Positions 23,362 to 35,999 of a DNA stretch of 64,000 nt are shown here, piece by piece. The notes under the pieces were generated by a model. It made no database searches. It saw only the letters and a list, made by a program, of their open reading frames with translations, and was not told where the DNA came from. Source of the DNA: the human T2T-CHM13v2.0 reference genome, Homo sapiens; NCBI RefSeq assembly GCF_009914755.1, contig NC_060948.1. One strand, 5' to 3'. The translations under genes and the position numbers were made by a program. The stretch's first letter is position 1. Every line of letters begins with the position of its first letter.

Positions 23362-24960
23362 ATGGCGGCCATTGTTAAGCCTCCAGAAGCTATATCTTTA
23401 AAATGGTTAAGAGATAAGCCAATTTGGATAGAACAATGGCTGCTATATAAAGAGAAACTGGAGGCTCTAGAGAAATTAGTTACTGAACAATTAGAAAATG
23501 GGCACATAGCTCCAACATTTTCCCCTTGGAATTCTCCAGTTTTCATAATTAAGAAAAAATCAGGTAAATGGAGAATGTTAACTGACGTAAGAGCTATCAA
23601 TTCAGTTATACAACCTATGGGAGCATTACAGCCAGGATTGCCTTCTCCTGCTATAATTCCAAAAAGAATTGGCCTTTAATAGTCATAGATTTAAAAGACT
23701 GTTTCTTAACTATCCCCTTAGCTGAGCATGACTGTGAATGGTTTGCATTTACAATTCCTGTGGTAAACAATCTGCAGCCTGCTAAGCGTTTTCATTGTTT
23801 TACAGATGGGCCTGGTAATGGTAAAGCTTCTTATTCTTGGTAGAAAAGTAAACTTTTTCAGAAGCCCTATACTTCAGCTCAAAAAGAGGAACTTGTAGCT
23901 GTAATTGAAGTATTTACTGCTTCTGATATGCCTATTAATGTGATTTCTGATTCTTCATAGGTATTTCATTCCACACAGTTAATTGAAAAGGCTCAGTTAT
24001 GATTTGATACAGATGAACAAATGATGCCTTTATTTACCCAACTGCAAACAGCAGTTAGAAGTAGAATGCACCCTTTTTACATCACTCACACTAGGGCTAT
24101 ACACCTCTTACAGGACCTTTGACTGAAGGGAATCAAATGGCTAATCACCTCATTGCTAATGCAGTATCTAATTCTAGACACTTTCACAATTTAACCCATG
24201 TTAATGCCTTGTCTCAAATGCAGATACAGCATTACCTGGAAATAAGTTAAGCTATTATCCAGTGATGCCCAAGTTGCCAAATCGTACATTCATCATCTTT
24301 TATAGGAGGAGTTAATCATCGAAGATTGGAACCTAACTCTCTTTGGCAAATGAATATCACACTTGTTTCCTCATTTGGGAGACTAGCTTTTGTACATATA
24401 TGTGTGTACACATTTTCTCACTTTTTCTGGGCTATGTGCAAATCAGGTGAGTCTTCTGACTGTGTTAAACATCAATTTTTGCAGTGTTTTGTGGTGATGG
24501 GCATTCCAGCTTCTACTAAAACAGTTAATGCCCCAGGCTGTACTATCCAAACTCTAGCTACATTTTTCTCTATGTGGAATACTAAACACATTACTGGTAT
24601 CCCATACAATTCTCAAGGACAAGCCATAGTGGAAAGAATGAATCTTTCCCTAAAAACAGCAGTTGCAAAAGCAGAAAGGGGGAAATGGAGAATATGGAAC
24701 CCCATAGATGCAACTGAATCTAGCATTATTAGCTTTAATTTTTTTGAGCCTGTCCAAAGGCCAGATGTTATCAGCAGCTGAACAGCATCTCCAGAAACCA
24801 CCTGCAAAGACAGAAGCAGAACAACTGATTTGGTGGAGAGATACAATAACGAAATTGGGAAATAGGTAAAATAATAACTGGGGGTGGAGGTTATGCTTGT
24901 GTTTCTCCAGGCCAAAATCAACAACCAATTTGGACACCATGAAGACACCTGAAACCTTAT
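23362..24960 (+). pseudogene. HML-3 pol remnant (RT N-terminus fused to RNase H, then integrase)
   Basis: PIWIEQW..., [34 protein letters not shown], then directly CFTDG (RNase H). Integrase HNLTHVNA/CPSC and PYNSQGQAIVER motifs follow. Confidence 0.9.
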
Positions 24961-26045
24961 CATGAGCCAGATGCCAAGGAAGAGACTCCGTGAGGATCCC
25001 GAGGATCCCCCAGTTGCAGCCACATCAAGGATGCCTCTGAGGAACACCCCAACTGTCATGAGCAACACCTGTTGAACACAGCCACTGACCTGGGGACAGA
25101 TCAAGAAGGTGTCAAAGATGGCGGAAGAAAACCTGAGGAAAGCAGTACAACCAGTCACAATGAGTAATTTAATGGTAGCTATCATAGCAGTTATCACCAC
25201 TGCTGTGAGTATTCCTTCAACAAAGGCTGACACAGAGAACAATTATGCTTATTGGGCATATTTATCAATCCTGTCTGGTAATAATGCCTGGATATAGTCA
25301 CTCTATGCCACAGTTACACATGCCTTCTGATCTCAGTATTTTACATAATAAATCTGCCCCTATAATTGAGGCATACTGCCCTCAAAAACCTATTTGTAAA
25401 AAAATAGAACCTGGACAGAAATAATGAATGTAATTGTTTAGGAAAATTTCTTTGCAGAACAGGCAGAGGTGCTGCACAATGATTCCTATGGAATCATTAT
25501 TGATTGATCCCCTAAGGGGATGTTTCTCTTGAATTGCACCTCTCAGTCTGCGTGCCATGGCCACATTATGTTCAGCTTGCCTGAACAAAATGGTAGGATG
25601 GTAGAAATGATAAGAAGTATGGCAAGAGTTCCTATTTTCTGGAACCATGGTGGTATAGTTACGCCTCAACCTCAAATGATATGGCCTGCTGTAGGAGCTA
25701 AACATAAGGATTTGTGGAAACCATTAATACCTCTTAATAAGATCAAAATTTGTGAAAGAATGAAAAAGCATATATTGCAAAATTAAAAGAACAAATATTT
25801 AAAGCATCCCAGGCACACCTGACCTTAATGTCAGGAACCGGAGTGCTTAAAGGAGCTGCAGACAGATTAGCAGCTGGTAACCCATTAAAATGGATCAAAA
25901 CACTTGGAAGCTCTGTGATTTCAATAATGGTTGTGCTTTTAATCTGTGTTGTTTTTGTTTGTATAGTCTGTAGATGTGGATCCTGACTCCTGCAAGAAGT
26001 AGCTCACCATGACAAAGCTGCCTTTGCTTTTATCAATTTGAAAAT
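24961..26045 (+). pseudogene. HML-3 env remnant (deleted)
   Basis: TWGQIKK-like signal region, YAYWAY, and TM-end KLKEQIFKASQAHL / NPLKWIKTLGSSV. Far shorter than a full env. Confidence 0.75.
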
Positions 26046-26059
26046 TAAAGAAGGGAGCA

Positions 26060-26568
26060 TGTTGAGAACAAGCCCCCCACAAATCTGGCCATAAACTGGA
26101 CCCAAAACTGGCCATAAACAAAATCTCTCCAGCACTGATATGTGCATGATGGCCATAAAGCCAACACTGGAAAGTTATAGGTTTATGGGAATGAGGGCAA
26201 GGAACACCTTGCCTGCCCAGTGCAGAAAACCACTTAAAGGCATTGTTAAACACAAACAATAGCATTCATGATCTGTGCCTTAAGGACATGATCCTGCTGC
26301 AGTTAACTAGCTCAACCTATTCCTTCAATTTGGCCCATCCTTTCATTACCCATAAGGGATACTTTTTGTTAATTCGATATCTATAGAAATAATGCTAATG
26401 ACTGGCTTGCTGTTAATAAATATGTGAGTAAATATCTGTTTGAGGCTCTCAGCTCTGAAGGCTGTGAGGCCTCTGATTTCCCACTTCACACCTCTTTATT
26501 TCTGTGTGTGTGTTTAATTCCACTACTGCCACTGGGTTAGGGTCTCACCAACTGAGCTGGTCTCAGCA
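26060..26568 (+). repeat. HML-3 3' LTR (MER9)
   Basis: Preceded by purine tract AAAGAAGGGAGCA; TGTTGAGAACAAGCCCCCC...GGTCTCAGCA. Confidence 0.93.
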
Positions 26569-26574
26569 TGATTG

Positions 26575-27760
26575 TTAACAGAGAGTAGTGAAAACTTACA
26601 CAGCCAGAGAGGACCTCAAAGAAACTCCCTTAGTAAATGTAGAAATGGAGCTTTTTCCTAAAACAAGAAACACCAAAGTTAGGGTATGCAGTAGTCCCTT
26701 TGAATTATATTACTGAGAATATGCCTCTCTTACCAGGCACCAGAGTTCAAATCACTGAGTTACTTGCCCTTGTGAGAACACTCAAATGAAGCAAAAAAAG
26801 AAAAAAGAAATGTTTATAATATTTATACTGGTTTTAAATATGCTTTTCTGATCATCTATGACCATGCCACTTTGTGGAAAGAAATACATTTTCTGACAGT
26901 CACTCATTAAGTATCATCAGGATATACATAGATTTTTCTCCTGTTTTTCTTTCATGGAAAGTAGTAGTACTACATTGTAGAAGACACAAGTAGGGGACTG
27001 ATAAAGCAGCCAAGAAAAATAGATTGAGAAACCAGAGAGCCAAACAAACAAACAACAACAACAACAAAAAAAACAATTTTGCAATATACTGGAAGTCTCT
27101 CTTGTCTTAGAAAGCTTCATTAGAGAAATAAAGCCTCAGTATTCCCATGCAAAGATAGAATGGACCACTTTTGAAAGATACATTTTTCAGCACTCTAAAT
27201 ATTTATAATTGCATTATGAGCCTTCAGCCAGTGAAATGTTTTTAATGTCCTCCACCAAGTTTTGACTTATAAAACAACAAGAAAAAAAAACTACTGAAAA
27301 GAGTCAAACAGATTCTTAATACTTTTGAAACCTGCCTTAAAAATAATCTTCTTGGGCCAGGTGCAGTGGTTCATGCCTGTAACCCCAGCACTTTGGGAAG
27401 CCAAGGCGGGCAGATCACAAGGGCTGGAGATTGAGACCATCCTGGCTAACATGGTGAAAACTCATGTCTACTAAAAATACAAAAAAAAAAAAAAAAAATA
27501 GCTGGGCATGGTAGTATGTACCTGTAGTCCCAGTTATTCAGGAGGCTGAGGTAGGAGAATCACTTGAACCCAGGAGGCAGGAGTTGCAGTGAGCCCAGTT
27601 TGCATGACCGCACTCCAGCCTGGCAGACAGAGCATGACTTCATCTCAAAAATAATAATAATCTCAAAAGACAGTTTCTATCCCTGCTGCTCAATATCTGA
27701 AAAGCTATCTAGGGAAAGATTGAGAGAAGAACTTCATTTATATGACAGATAAAGTGTGCA
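26575..27760 (+). mobile_element. Continuation of class I ERV pol (RNase H and start of integrase)
   Basis: Resumes V.KTYTAREDLKETPL, then VGYAVV and IYT..KYAF...HATLWKE..FLT. Paralogous to 38705-39600. Confidence 0.8.
27355..27660 (+). mobile_element. Alu
   Basis: GGCCAGGTGCAGTGG... dimeric Alu; AATAATCT occurs on both flanks. Confidence 0.95.
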
Positions 27761-27789
27761 TTTATTACCTCCTGATATGTATTAAAAAC

Positions 27790-29125
27790 CCACAAAATAT
27801 TGCAGACTTGTGGTGAGTAAAGAATGTCACTTGCTAACAGGCCCAGGATTTTCATGTTTTTGGACCTCAAGAAGAGTAAAGTTTGCCCAACTCATAGGTA
27901 TTTGAAAGTAAAACCCATAGTTGTTCTTGGCTTTAAGAGTGCTTATCAGAGTTTCCTCCTGAAGAACAGTTTCGTAAAAGCCAATTTAGAGAGACTATTT
28001 AAAAATAATTATTTTTGCTGCACTTTATGCAAATACTTAGGTTAAATATAAAATTATAGTTCATTTTACTATTTTCAACTCAGGCCTAACATACTTTGTT
28101 TATTTACAGTAATAAGAAATGAAGAGAGAAAAATTATGTTTAAATCTTTTCTTTTTTCTTTTTTTTGCGATGAAGTTTCACTCTTGTTTACCAGACTGGA
28201 GGGCCAATGGCACTATCTCGGCTCACCACAACCTCTGCCTCTTGAGTTCACATGATTCTCATGACTCAGCCTCCCAAGTAGCTGGGATTACAGGCATGTG
28301 ACACCATGCCTGGATAACTTTGTATTTTTAGTAGAGACGGTGTTTCTATGTGTTGGTCAGGCTGATCTTGATCTTGAAGTGCTGGGATTACAGGTGTGAG
28401 CTACCTCAACTAGCCTACATGTTTCAAATCTTATCATATGTTTGCCATTATATTCTCATCTCATTAGTTGTCTTTAGCATTTGCCTATATTTTAGGCTAT
28501 CCCTGTTGATCCCTGTGAGCCAGCCAGAAATCTCTAGCTGCAGCTAGGTTGAAAATATAAAAATATTAATATTGCAAAATATGTAAACATATATTTGTTA
28601 TGGGCAATTACCCTACAAAGCTTGCCAGGTAATGAGAGTATATAGTTGACTCATAATTCAGGGGGTTTTTTGTTTTGGGGGACAAGACCAAGGAAGCTAA
28701 GCCAAGCCAAGCCCCATGCACCCAAAACTTGTTAAGCATATCTATAGCTATTAGTTATAAGGGCATGTCAGCAGCCTCAGAATTTTTAAGCTATCCTTTT
28801 CCTCACCTCGTCTCATTTTAACACTTTATATTTTGATAACCAAGATTGTTTCATCTCACATAGAGGCAATCAAACAAATTGTACTGCAAACGAAACCACT
28901 TATGTAAACACCGTGGTTTTGAAAAACCTTACCCTAACCTCAGTGTGAACTCCAGCTGTTGTATTTCCTTACAAGATGACCCTTCCTAGCAAAAAGTAGC
29001 TAGAAAGATCAATCCTCAATCTCCCTAACAGCAATTAGTGTTTTCACACCTGCAGGGGACAATGAGAGAGAAACTTAGTAGGTGTCATTGGTAAAACTTC
29101 TTTAAACAGAGATGCAGCCTAGAAA
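27790..29125 (+). mobile_element. MER4-group/MER61-like non-coding internal 3' region, PPT and truncated LTR stub (29063-~29125)
   Basis: Reverse-paralogous to 31700-32100. Ends ...CAGGGGACAA|TGAGAGAG...TTGGTAAAACT, the same LTR start as at 8773 and 42764. Confidence 0.55.
28145..28416 (-). mobile_element. Alu (internally deleted)
   Basis: Reverse-complement Alu; poly-T at 28145-28167. Confidence 0.9.
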
Positions 29126-29129
29126 TGTA

Positions 29130-30080
29130 CAGCGTTTCCAATGTACAATCTTCCGTTGCCTTGGTAGATAACCCAGATCTTTGTAAGTATTGTAAAACTG
29201 TCTCTGAGCTTTGGCCATCATAGAAAGCAGGCATACAAAAGATAATGCCCCAAAGTCAGAGACACAAACCCTTGGTAAACCCTTAAATTCTACTTCTAAA
29301 TGCCCTACCCGCACCTCTTTTATAGGCTTTCTAATGTCCATGTCATCAGTTTCTCTCCCTGTTCCACCCTGTAAACCATCAATTTCAATGTGGGCCCTGT
29401 AGAAAATGCCAAAAAAACGTGGTACTACTAGATTTCAAGTTCTCTTTTCATTGCAGGGCCTTAGAAAAATAAATGTAAATCTAGTCGAGTTCTCTGATGA
29501 CTCTAATAGATATATAGAGGCATTCCAAAATCTAACACAGGTATTTCATTGTATGTGGAGACATGCTACGTTAATCCTAAACCAAAGCTGCAGAAAAATT
29601 GGCAGCTTTACTAGCAGCAAAAGCATTTGAAGATGAACAACATATTTACTATACCCAGCCTAAAAGTATAAAGGGAAAGAAATCTAGAAAAACGGATGGT
29701 GAAAGACAAAACTAAGGTGAACAGATAGCATAATCTTTATTCCCAACAGGAAAAAAGACAGTGCTCTTTGAAAACATAATTGGAATCCCCGTCATTTGAT
29801 AGAGGAGTGGAAAAGAATAAAAATTTAGAATGCATGTACAGGAATGCTAGTAAAAGAACAGTGCCAAACCTCTTAATTACTCTAAGATAAACATAATAGA
29901 TTAAAACTTGATGAGAATCCCTCAATCTTTATGGAAAGGCTGAGAGAGGGTGAGTAAAACGCACCTCTGTATTTTCTGACTCAGTTGAGCACCAGTTAAT
30001 CTTAAGAAAGAAGTTTATTTTTCAGGCAGTCTTGATTTAAAAAAAAAAAAAGCTACAAAGCAGGTCACATGACCGGATAA
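29130..30080 (+). mobile_element. Class I ERV gag fragment (CA region)
   Basis: GTTRFQVLFSLQGL...EFSDDSNRYIEAFQNLTQVF; DENPS.FMERLRE. Confidence 0.85.
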
Positions 30081-31119
30081 TGTACTAGTTTTAGCAGTGC
30101 AACAAGATGTAACAATTCTTTTTTGTTTTAGATATTGCTCAGAGCAACACATACACATATGTACTACTCAGTATATGTAAGTGTATATATACAGTCTGGT
30201 TTGTGTATATAGATATATGTATAAATACACATAGCATGTGTGTGTGTATATATATATATGTATATGCACACACACATATACACACACACACACACCTACA
30301 CAGACACACAATTTAGAAGATTAAGGAGCATGAACACATGGGTAAAGTTTGAGGAAAACTTTAATATGCAAAAGAAGAGATCATTTCACCAGCAGAAATA
30401 TGGGCCCACATGAGTTGCAAACTATGAGGCAAGTGTTTAAAATTTTTATAAACTGAAAAGAGAAAGGGATGTTCTTAGTTTGTCAGCTATCTTATACAAT
30501 GTGTCTTAGCCTTGGTCTTGGACCAGTAAGAAAGCATAGCCTAAGACCTTGGTCTGGGACCAATAGGAGGCTGAAGTGATAATTCATAGAGACTGCTCAG
30601 GATAGCCCAAGAAGACTTAAAAATGCAAATGAAAGACTGGCTTGTGAGTTTGGCCCAGGATCAGTCAGGAGCTTAAGTGATAATTCTTAGAAGCTGGACT
30701 TATTGTCTGAACAATAACAACAACAAATAGAGCGAATGAGAACCCACTGAAGCTTGCTGAATTTATGCCTGTGAAAGGAGAATAAAATTTTCTCATTGTG
30801 GGTGTGGGGCACTGATTATACAAAGGACAAAAATATTCTATGCCACACCTCTTTCTTTCATCTGTGTAAGCCTGAGTTTTGTGCAAGTTTTTTTTTTTTT
30901 TTTTCCAGAATGGACTGGAGGTTCTTCCGTCTGTGTAGCTGCAGGAATATGTTCAGGCAGTAGCCACTGTGTTAGGTCCTGTATCAGTGGTTTCAGCTTA
31001 ATTTCTTTTAAGGCTGATTGTTGTGTTATGTTTGGTTGAGGCACTGACATATCTGCTTGGGGCTCTCTGGAAACCCTTGCCTTGCTTTTTACCTAAGAGA
31101 AGCTAGCTAACTTTTCTCA
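30081..31119 (-). mobile_element. MER61-like LTR (reverse), containing a (TA)/(CA) microsatellite
   Basis: Reverse-paralogous to the other LTR copies. A pyrimidine tract GTCTCCCCTCA (PPT on the minus strand) abuts it at 31120. Confidence 0.6.
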
Positions 31120-32124
31120 GTCTCCCCTCAGAAATAAAGAACCTAACTGCTTTAGGGAGATTAAGTGTTGATCTTTCTGGCTACTCTCTGCTGCAGAGGG
31201 GTGTTTGTAAAAAACAGCAGTTAGAATTTATTTCAGACATTGTTTCAGAGTCCTCAGAAGATAGGTGATTTTATGTGTGGTCTTACTTGCATTATTACTA
31301 TTTGGAGTTGACAGCCTCAAGGAAAAAAAATAGAGTTACTAAAGGACATGTATTGTAACAAGACAAGTTGGCTAAGGACAGCTTAAGTGTCCCAAGCCTG
31401 GTGACACACCCTTATAACTGATGGCTACAGTTATGCCTGCTAAGATTTAGGTATATGGAACTCAGCTTTAATTAAAAAAATACAAACAAGCCTCTGTATT
31501 ATGGGAACCATATTTATTTTCATCAACTGGCAGGATTTGTAGGATTTTTGCCAAGAATTATATATAATATTGTAACAAATTTTTAAATTACTCATTACTT
31601 TCTGTTTACTTTGATCTAAAGTCAAAGATTATTAATTGGCTCATGGGATTCAGCAGGGTTAGTTTAAAATGTAGGCAACAACTTAAAAACAACTTATGAG
31701 AACTTATGAGACTATGCATTAATGACAGAAGTACAATAAGTTTTGAAACATATTATTTCTCTTCAGTTCATATTTTTGTAAAAAAATATCATGATAGAAC
31801 TAAATTGTTTGGAAAATAGATGTCAGTCTTCCACTTGGCCTAGTTTTATAAAGTGCAGGCAAGAATAATTACCTTTACATTTTTTTTTCAATTGGCTTTC
31901 ATGGAACTCCGTTCTGCAAGGAATCTCAGGAAGTTTTAAAGCTGAGACCAGCCATGAGCTTGTACCCTTAAATACTGAGCTGGGTAAACTCCTCTCTTAT
32001 TGAGTTACCAAAAGCATGGGGTTGTTTTGAGGCTTTTGAGAAAGTGATATTCTCTACCTACCACAGGTTCAGAACCCTGAATGGGAATGGTGTAGACAAG
32101 GTTTAAAGCCATTTTTTTCCCTAA

Positions 32125-32469
<345 letters not shown>

Positions 32470-33499
32470 TCAAGCTTTATTCTTTAAAGAGAAACATATC
32501 CTTTCAGTCAAAGCCTCAGTAAAATAACCAGTTTTTTTCCAGTTTTGTTTTGTTAAAACAAATTTTTTTTTTGCACTGATGCAAACAACTATATTGCTGT
32601 AAGTTAAGAAAAGCAAAAATTAGTTACCAAGTATTAGAGAAAACAGGGAGGGAAAAATAAAATATTTTTATATTTTTTACAATAGTATACTTTAATCAGT
32701 TGTTGAACACTGTTGCCTGCACAAAAGAAAGTTCCCTTAACCCTGAAAAACAAAATACACAGAAATATTTGAAGTCAATGTTGAAAAAATGGCTTCAGTG
32801 TTTTTAGTCCATTTTCTTAAGCTTTTCATGAGTTTTGTTAATATCTAATTATAAACCTGCATTTGAGAGCAGCTGTTAAAGTCCTACAGCTAATTATAAA
32901 CCATTTTTAGAAAAGGATTAAAACAATTGTCTGTAAATGACAGAATGCCTAAAGTGGTTACAGACACTCGTTGACAAAAAATGGCTATTTTTATGGTTTA
33001 CAATGGCTAAACATAATAATTTTGATTAAGTTTGATAGCCTTTTTAGACCTTAGAACTTTGACACCGCATATGGCTACAAAACTTATGTTAATATTATTT
33101 ACTAAAATGTAACCTGAAGAAAATTAAAATTAGCTTGGTAACCACATGTATTTAAACAACCTAAATGCATAAGGTTGTTAAATACTTTTAAAAATACATG
33201 TTAAAGACGTGTTTGAAATGGGAGCCCTCTGTAGCATTTAAAATCGAGGACTCAGAAAGGACAACTCTGTAACAAAAATTTGTTTTTGAAATGCCTGCCA
33301 AATATGTACGAAATTTAAAACATTTACTGTTATAAAATATAAAGATTATCATAAGTCATTTGTTTTGCCAAAATAAATTTAAAAATTTGAAGTGACAAAA
33401 AGCTACTGTTATTAGCCTTTATATTACATAAAAATCTTGTTCTAGAGTGGAAACAGATTTTACTGTTGCATTAGTCCACTATTAAATTTACCGCTATTC

Positions 33500-33700
33500 T
33501 TTTTTTTTTCCTTTGTTTGTTTGAGACAGAGGCTCACTCTATCACCCAGCTTGGGGTGGCACAGTCTCAGCTCACTGCAAGCTCCACCTCCCAGGTTCAG
33601 GCCATTCTCCTTCATCAGCCTCCATCTCTTGACCTCATGATCTGCCTGCCTCAGCCTCCCAAAGTGCTGGGATTACAGGCGTGAGCCACTGTGCCAGTCC
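33500..33700 (-). mobile_element. Alu (large internal deletion)
   Basis: Both Alu ends are present and the middle is missing. Confidence 0.85.
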
Positions 33701-34419
33701 AATTTACTGCTATTTTTAAATTAAACCTTATAGACAAATTTATCTTAATCAGTTTAACAACGAGGTGAGGTTTTCATAAACTTTTTAAAACCCTTTAACA
33801 ACTCTTTACACATTTTGCTAAAGAGCAGATTAGCATCTCAAGAAAACCGCGCTGCACTTTTATTTCAATGCTTCACTTATAGAGTAACCATATAATATAT
33901 CCCTTTTTATTTAATGTGTTCAGACAGCATTTTCTTTTGCAAGATTAACATGTACAGTTGTTCTTCCATCTGCTTAAATCTTTAGCTTTATGTGATTTGA
34001 TTTAAGAGAAGTCTTTATCTCTAAGATAAATGAGCATTTACATGCCATTTTATAAATTTTACTATATTTTACTTTTCTTATACACCTTACATGAAAATTT
34101 AATTTTAGTAGTCTCAATCACATGTTATAATGGTAACATTTTGTAATTTTTCACTTGAATGTAAAACATGGTAAGTTGTTTTAATTGTGTGCTAAGTGCA
34201 GATAAAGGCTGACTCTCTCAGCTTACTTAGAGGTGTGATTACTTTTATATGTCCCCAGGCTATACCAATAGTGAAGCAGGCAAGCCTATGGTTTTCAAAG
34301 GACAAAGAAGTAGTTTACATCCTTCAAACAATTAGGAAACTTACATTTTTTACCTGCATAATATAGACCACATATTAACATCTGGAAGACATTTGCATTT
34401 TATCAATAATCTTGGAGGC

Positions 34420-34680
34420 TGTTTTTTTTTTTCAAACAGAGCCTCGCTGTGTTGCCAGGCTGGAGTGCAGTGGCATGATCTCAGCTCATTGCACTGCCTC
34501 AGCCTCCCAAGTAGCTAGAATTACAGGTGCCAACCACCATGCCTAGCTAATTTTTGTATTTTTAGGAGAGACAGGATTTCACCACCTTGGCCAGTCTGGA
34601 CTTGAACTCCTGACCTCGTGATCCACCTGCCTTGGCCTCCTGAAGTTCTTTGATTACAGGTATGAGCCACCATGCCTGGC
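34420..34680 (-). mobile_element. Alu
   Basis: Reverse-complement Alu with a short deletion. Confidence 0.9.
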
Positions 34681-34913
34681 AGAGGGTGCTTTATTTTTAA
34701 AAAGTTAAAGTCACATGAACTGAAAGCTACCACAGCCTTTATTTTTCCTTTTCATAATATTTTGGTCAAGTGGCTATCTTTTCTTAAGCTAATGAATTAG
34801 AGATCTTTTAATAAAAATAATGTATACATAACCAAACAAACCAACAGAAAATATACTAGTTATACAATTTTTTGTTTTCCATTTTTCTCATCAGATTATT
34901 CACCTATGGAGGG

Positions 34914-34944
<31 letters not shown>

Positions 34945-35188
34945 GAGATGGAGTCTTGCTCTGTCACTGAGGCTGGAGTACAATGGCAGAATCTTGGCTC
35001 ATTGCAACCTCTGCCTCCTGGGCTCAATTAATTTTCCTGCCTCAGCCTCCCAAGTAGCTGAGACTACAGGCACCCACCCAGATAATTTTTGTATTTTTAG
35101 TACAGATGGGGTTTCACCATGTTGCCCAGCCTGGTCTTGAACTCCTGACCTTAAGTGATCTACTTGCCTTAGGATCCCAAAGTACTGG
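34914..35188 (-). mobile_element. Alu with a (TG)n microsatellite at its tail
   Basis: (GT)n at 34914-34940 followed by TTTTGAGATGGAGTCTTGCTCTG... Confidence 0.9.
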
Positions 35189-35259
35189 GGGTGAGGCCTT
35201 TTAAGGACAAGGTTACTAATGCAGTTATCAGGGCTTAATAAACAAGCATAGCTTTAAGA

Positions 35260-35995
35260 AAAACACAGATTATGAGAGGGGCTTATTCACCTCTTATTCC
35301 AGGGTCTTTATAAACTAAGAAGGGGAAGGAATGTGCTTATTCTGCAGGCTGTCTTGGAGAATGTGTGACTCACCTTGGCTTGGGAATTTGGCTTGAGATC
35401 AATCAGAAACCTTTCCCCAAAATGTTGGTCCAGTAGCAATCAGAGCTGATGTGATGATTACTGGAGGCTGTTCAGCTTGTCATAAAATCTATACGCAGCT
35501 AAAATGAAAGTTTGGCCCACAACTTTAAAGCAGCACAAATCAAGGGACGAAATACTTAATAGAAGACAAATCAGAATTAAGAAACAAACAAACAAACAAG
35601 CAAACAACAACAACAACAACAACAAAATAGTGACTGCCCGGAAACCACTGGATCCCACTGTGTTAATGTCCACAAACAGAAGAAATTCTTTTTATGGAGC
35701 CCATTGATTATGCAAAAGTCAAAGTCATTTTTATGTCAGGCCTAGTTCCCTTAGACGTGTGAGCCAGAGTTTCTGCAAGTTTTTATTTAAGTGGGTGAAA
35801 GATTCTCCTATCTTTGGAGCCATGGGTTTATCTGCAATAATAACTCCATGTACTAATTTTTGTTGGTGCCTGCAGCTTATTTTTCAAGACTGGTTTTACG
35901 TGTTGTTGAAAATAAGGCACTGACCCATTAGCTGGGATTTTATGGGAAACTTTCTTTTGCTGTTTATCTAGAGCAAATCAGCTAAATTCCTTCAC
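35260..35995 (-). mobile_element. MER61-like LTR (reverse, partial)
   Basis: Colinear with 17630-18300 and 30440-31110. Confidence 0.6.
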
Positions 35996-35999
35996 TGTA

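Larger units (their letters stand above)
20499..26568 (+). mobile_element. HERV-K(HML-3) provirus (MER9 LTRs), internally deleted and defective
   Basis: Two ~510-bp LTRs, Lys-type PBS, gag with two zinc knuckles, dUTPase-protease, pol, env remnant and PPT. Perfect TSD TGATTG at 20493-20498 and 26569-26574. Confidence 0.93.

Noticed and set aside
24613-25242. 209-aa minus-strand ORF as a possible antisense retroviral gene
   Set aside because: Antisense shadow of the decayed integrase/env junction with no independent support.
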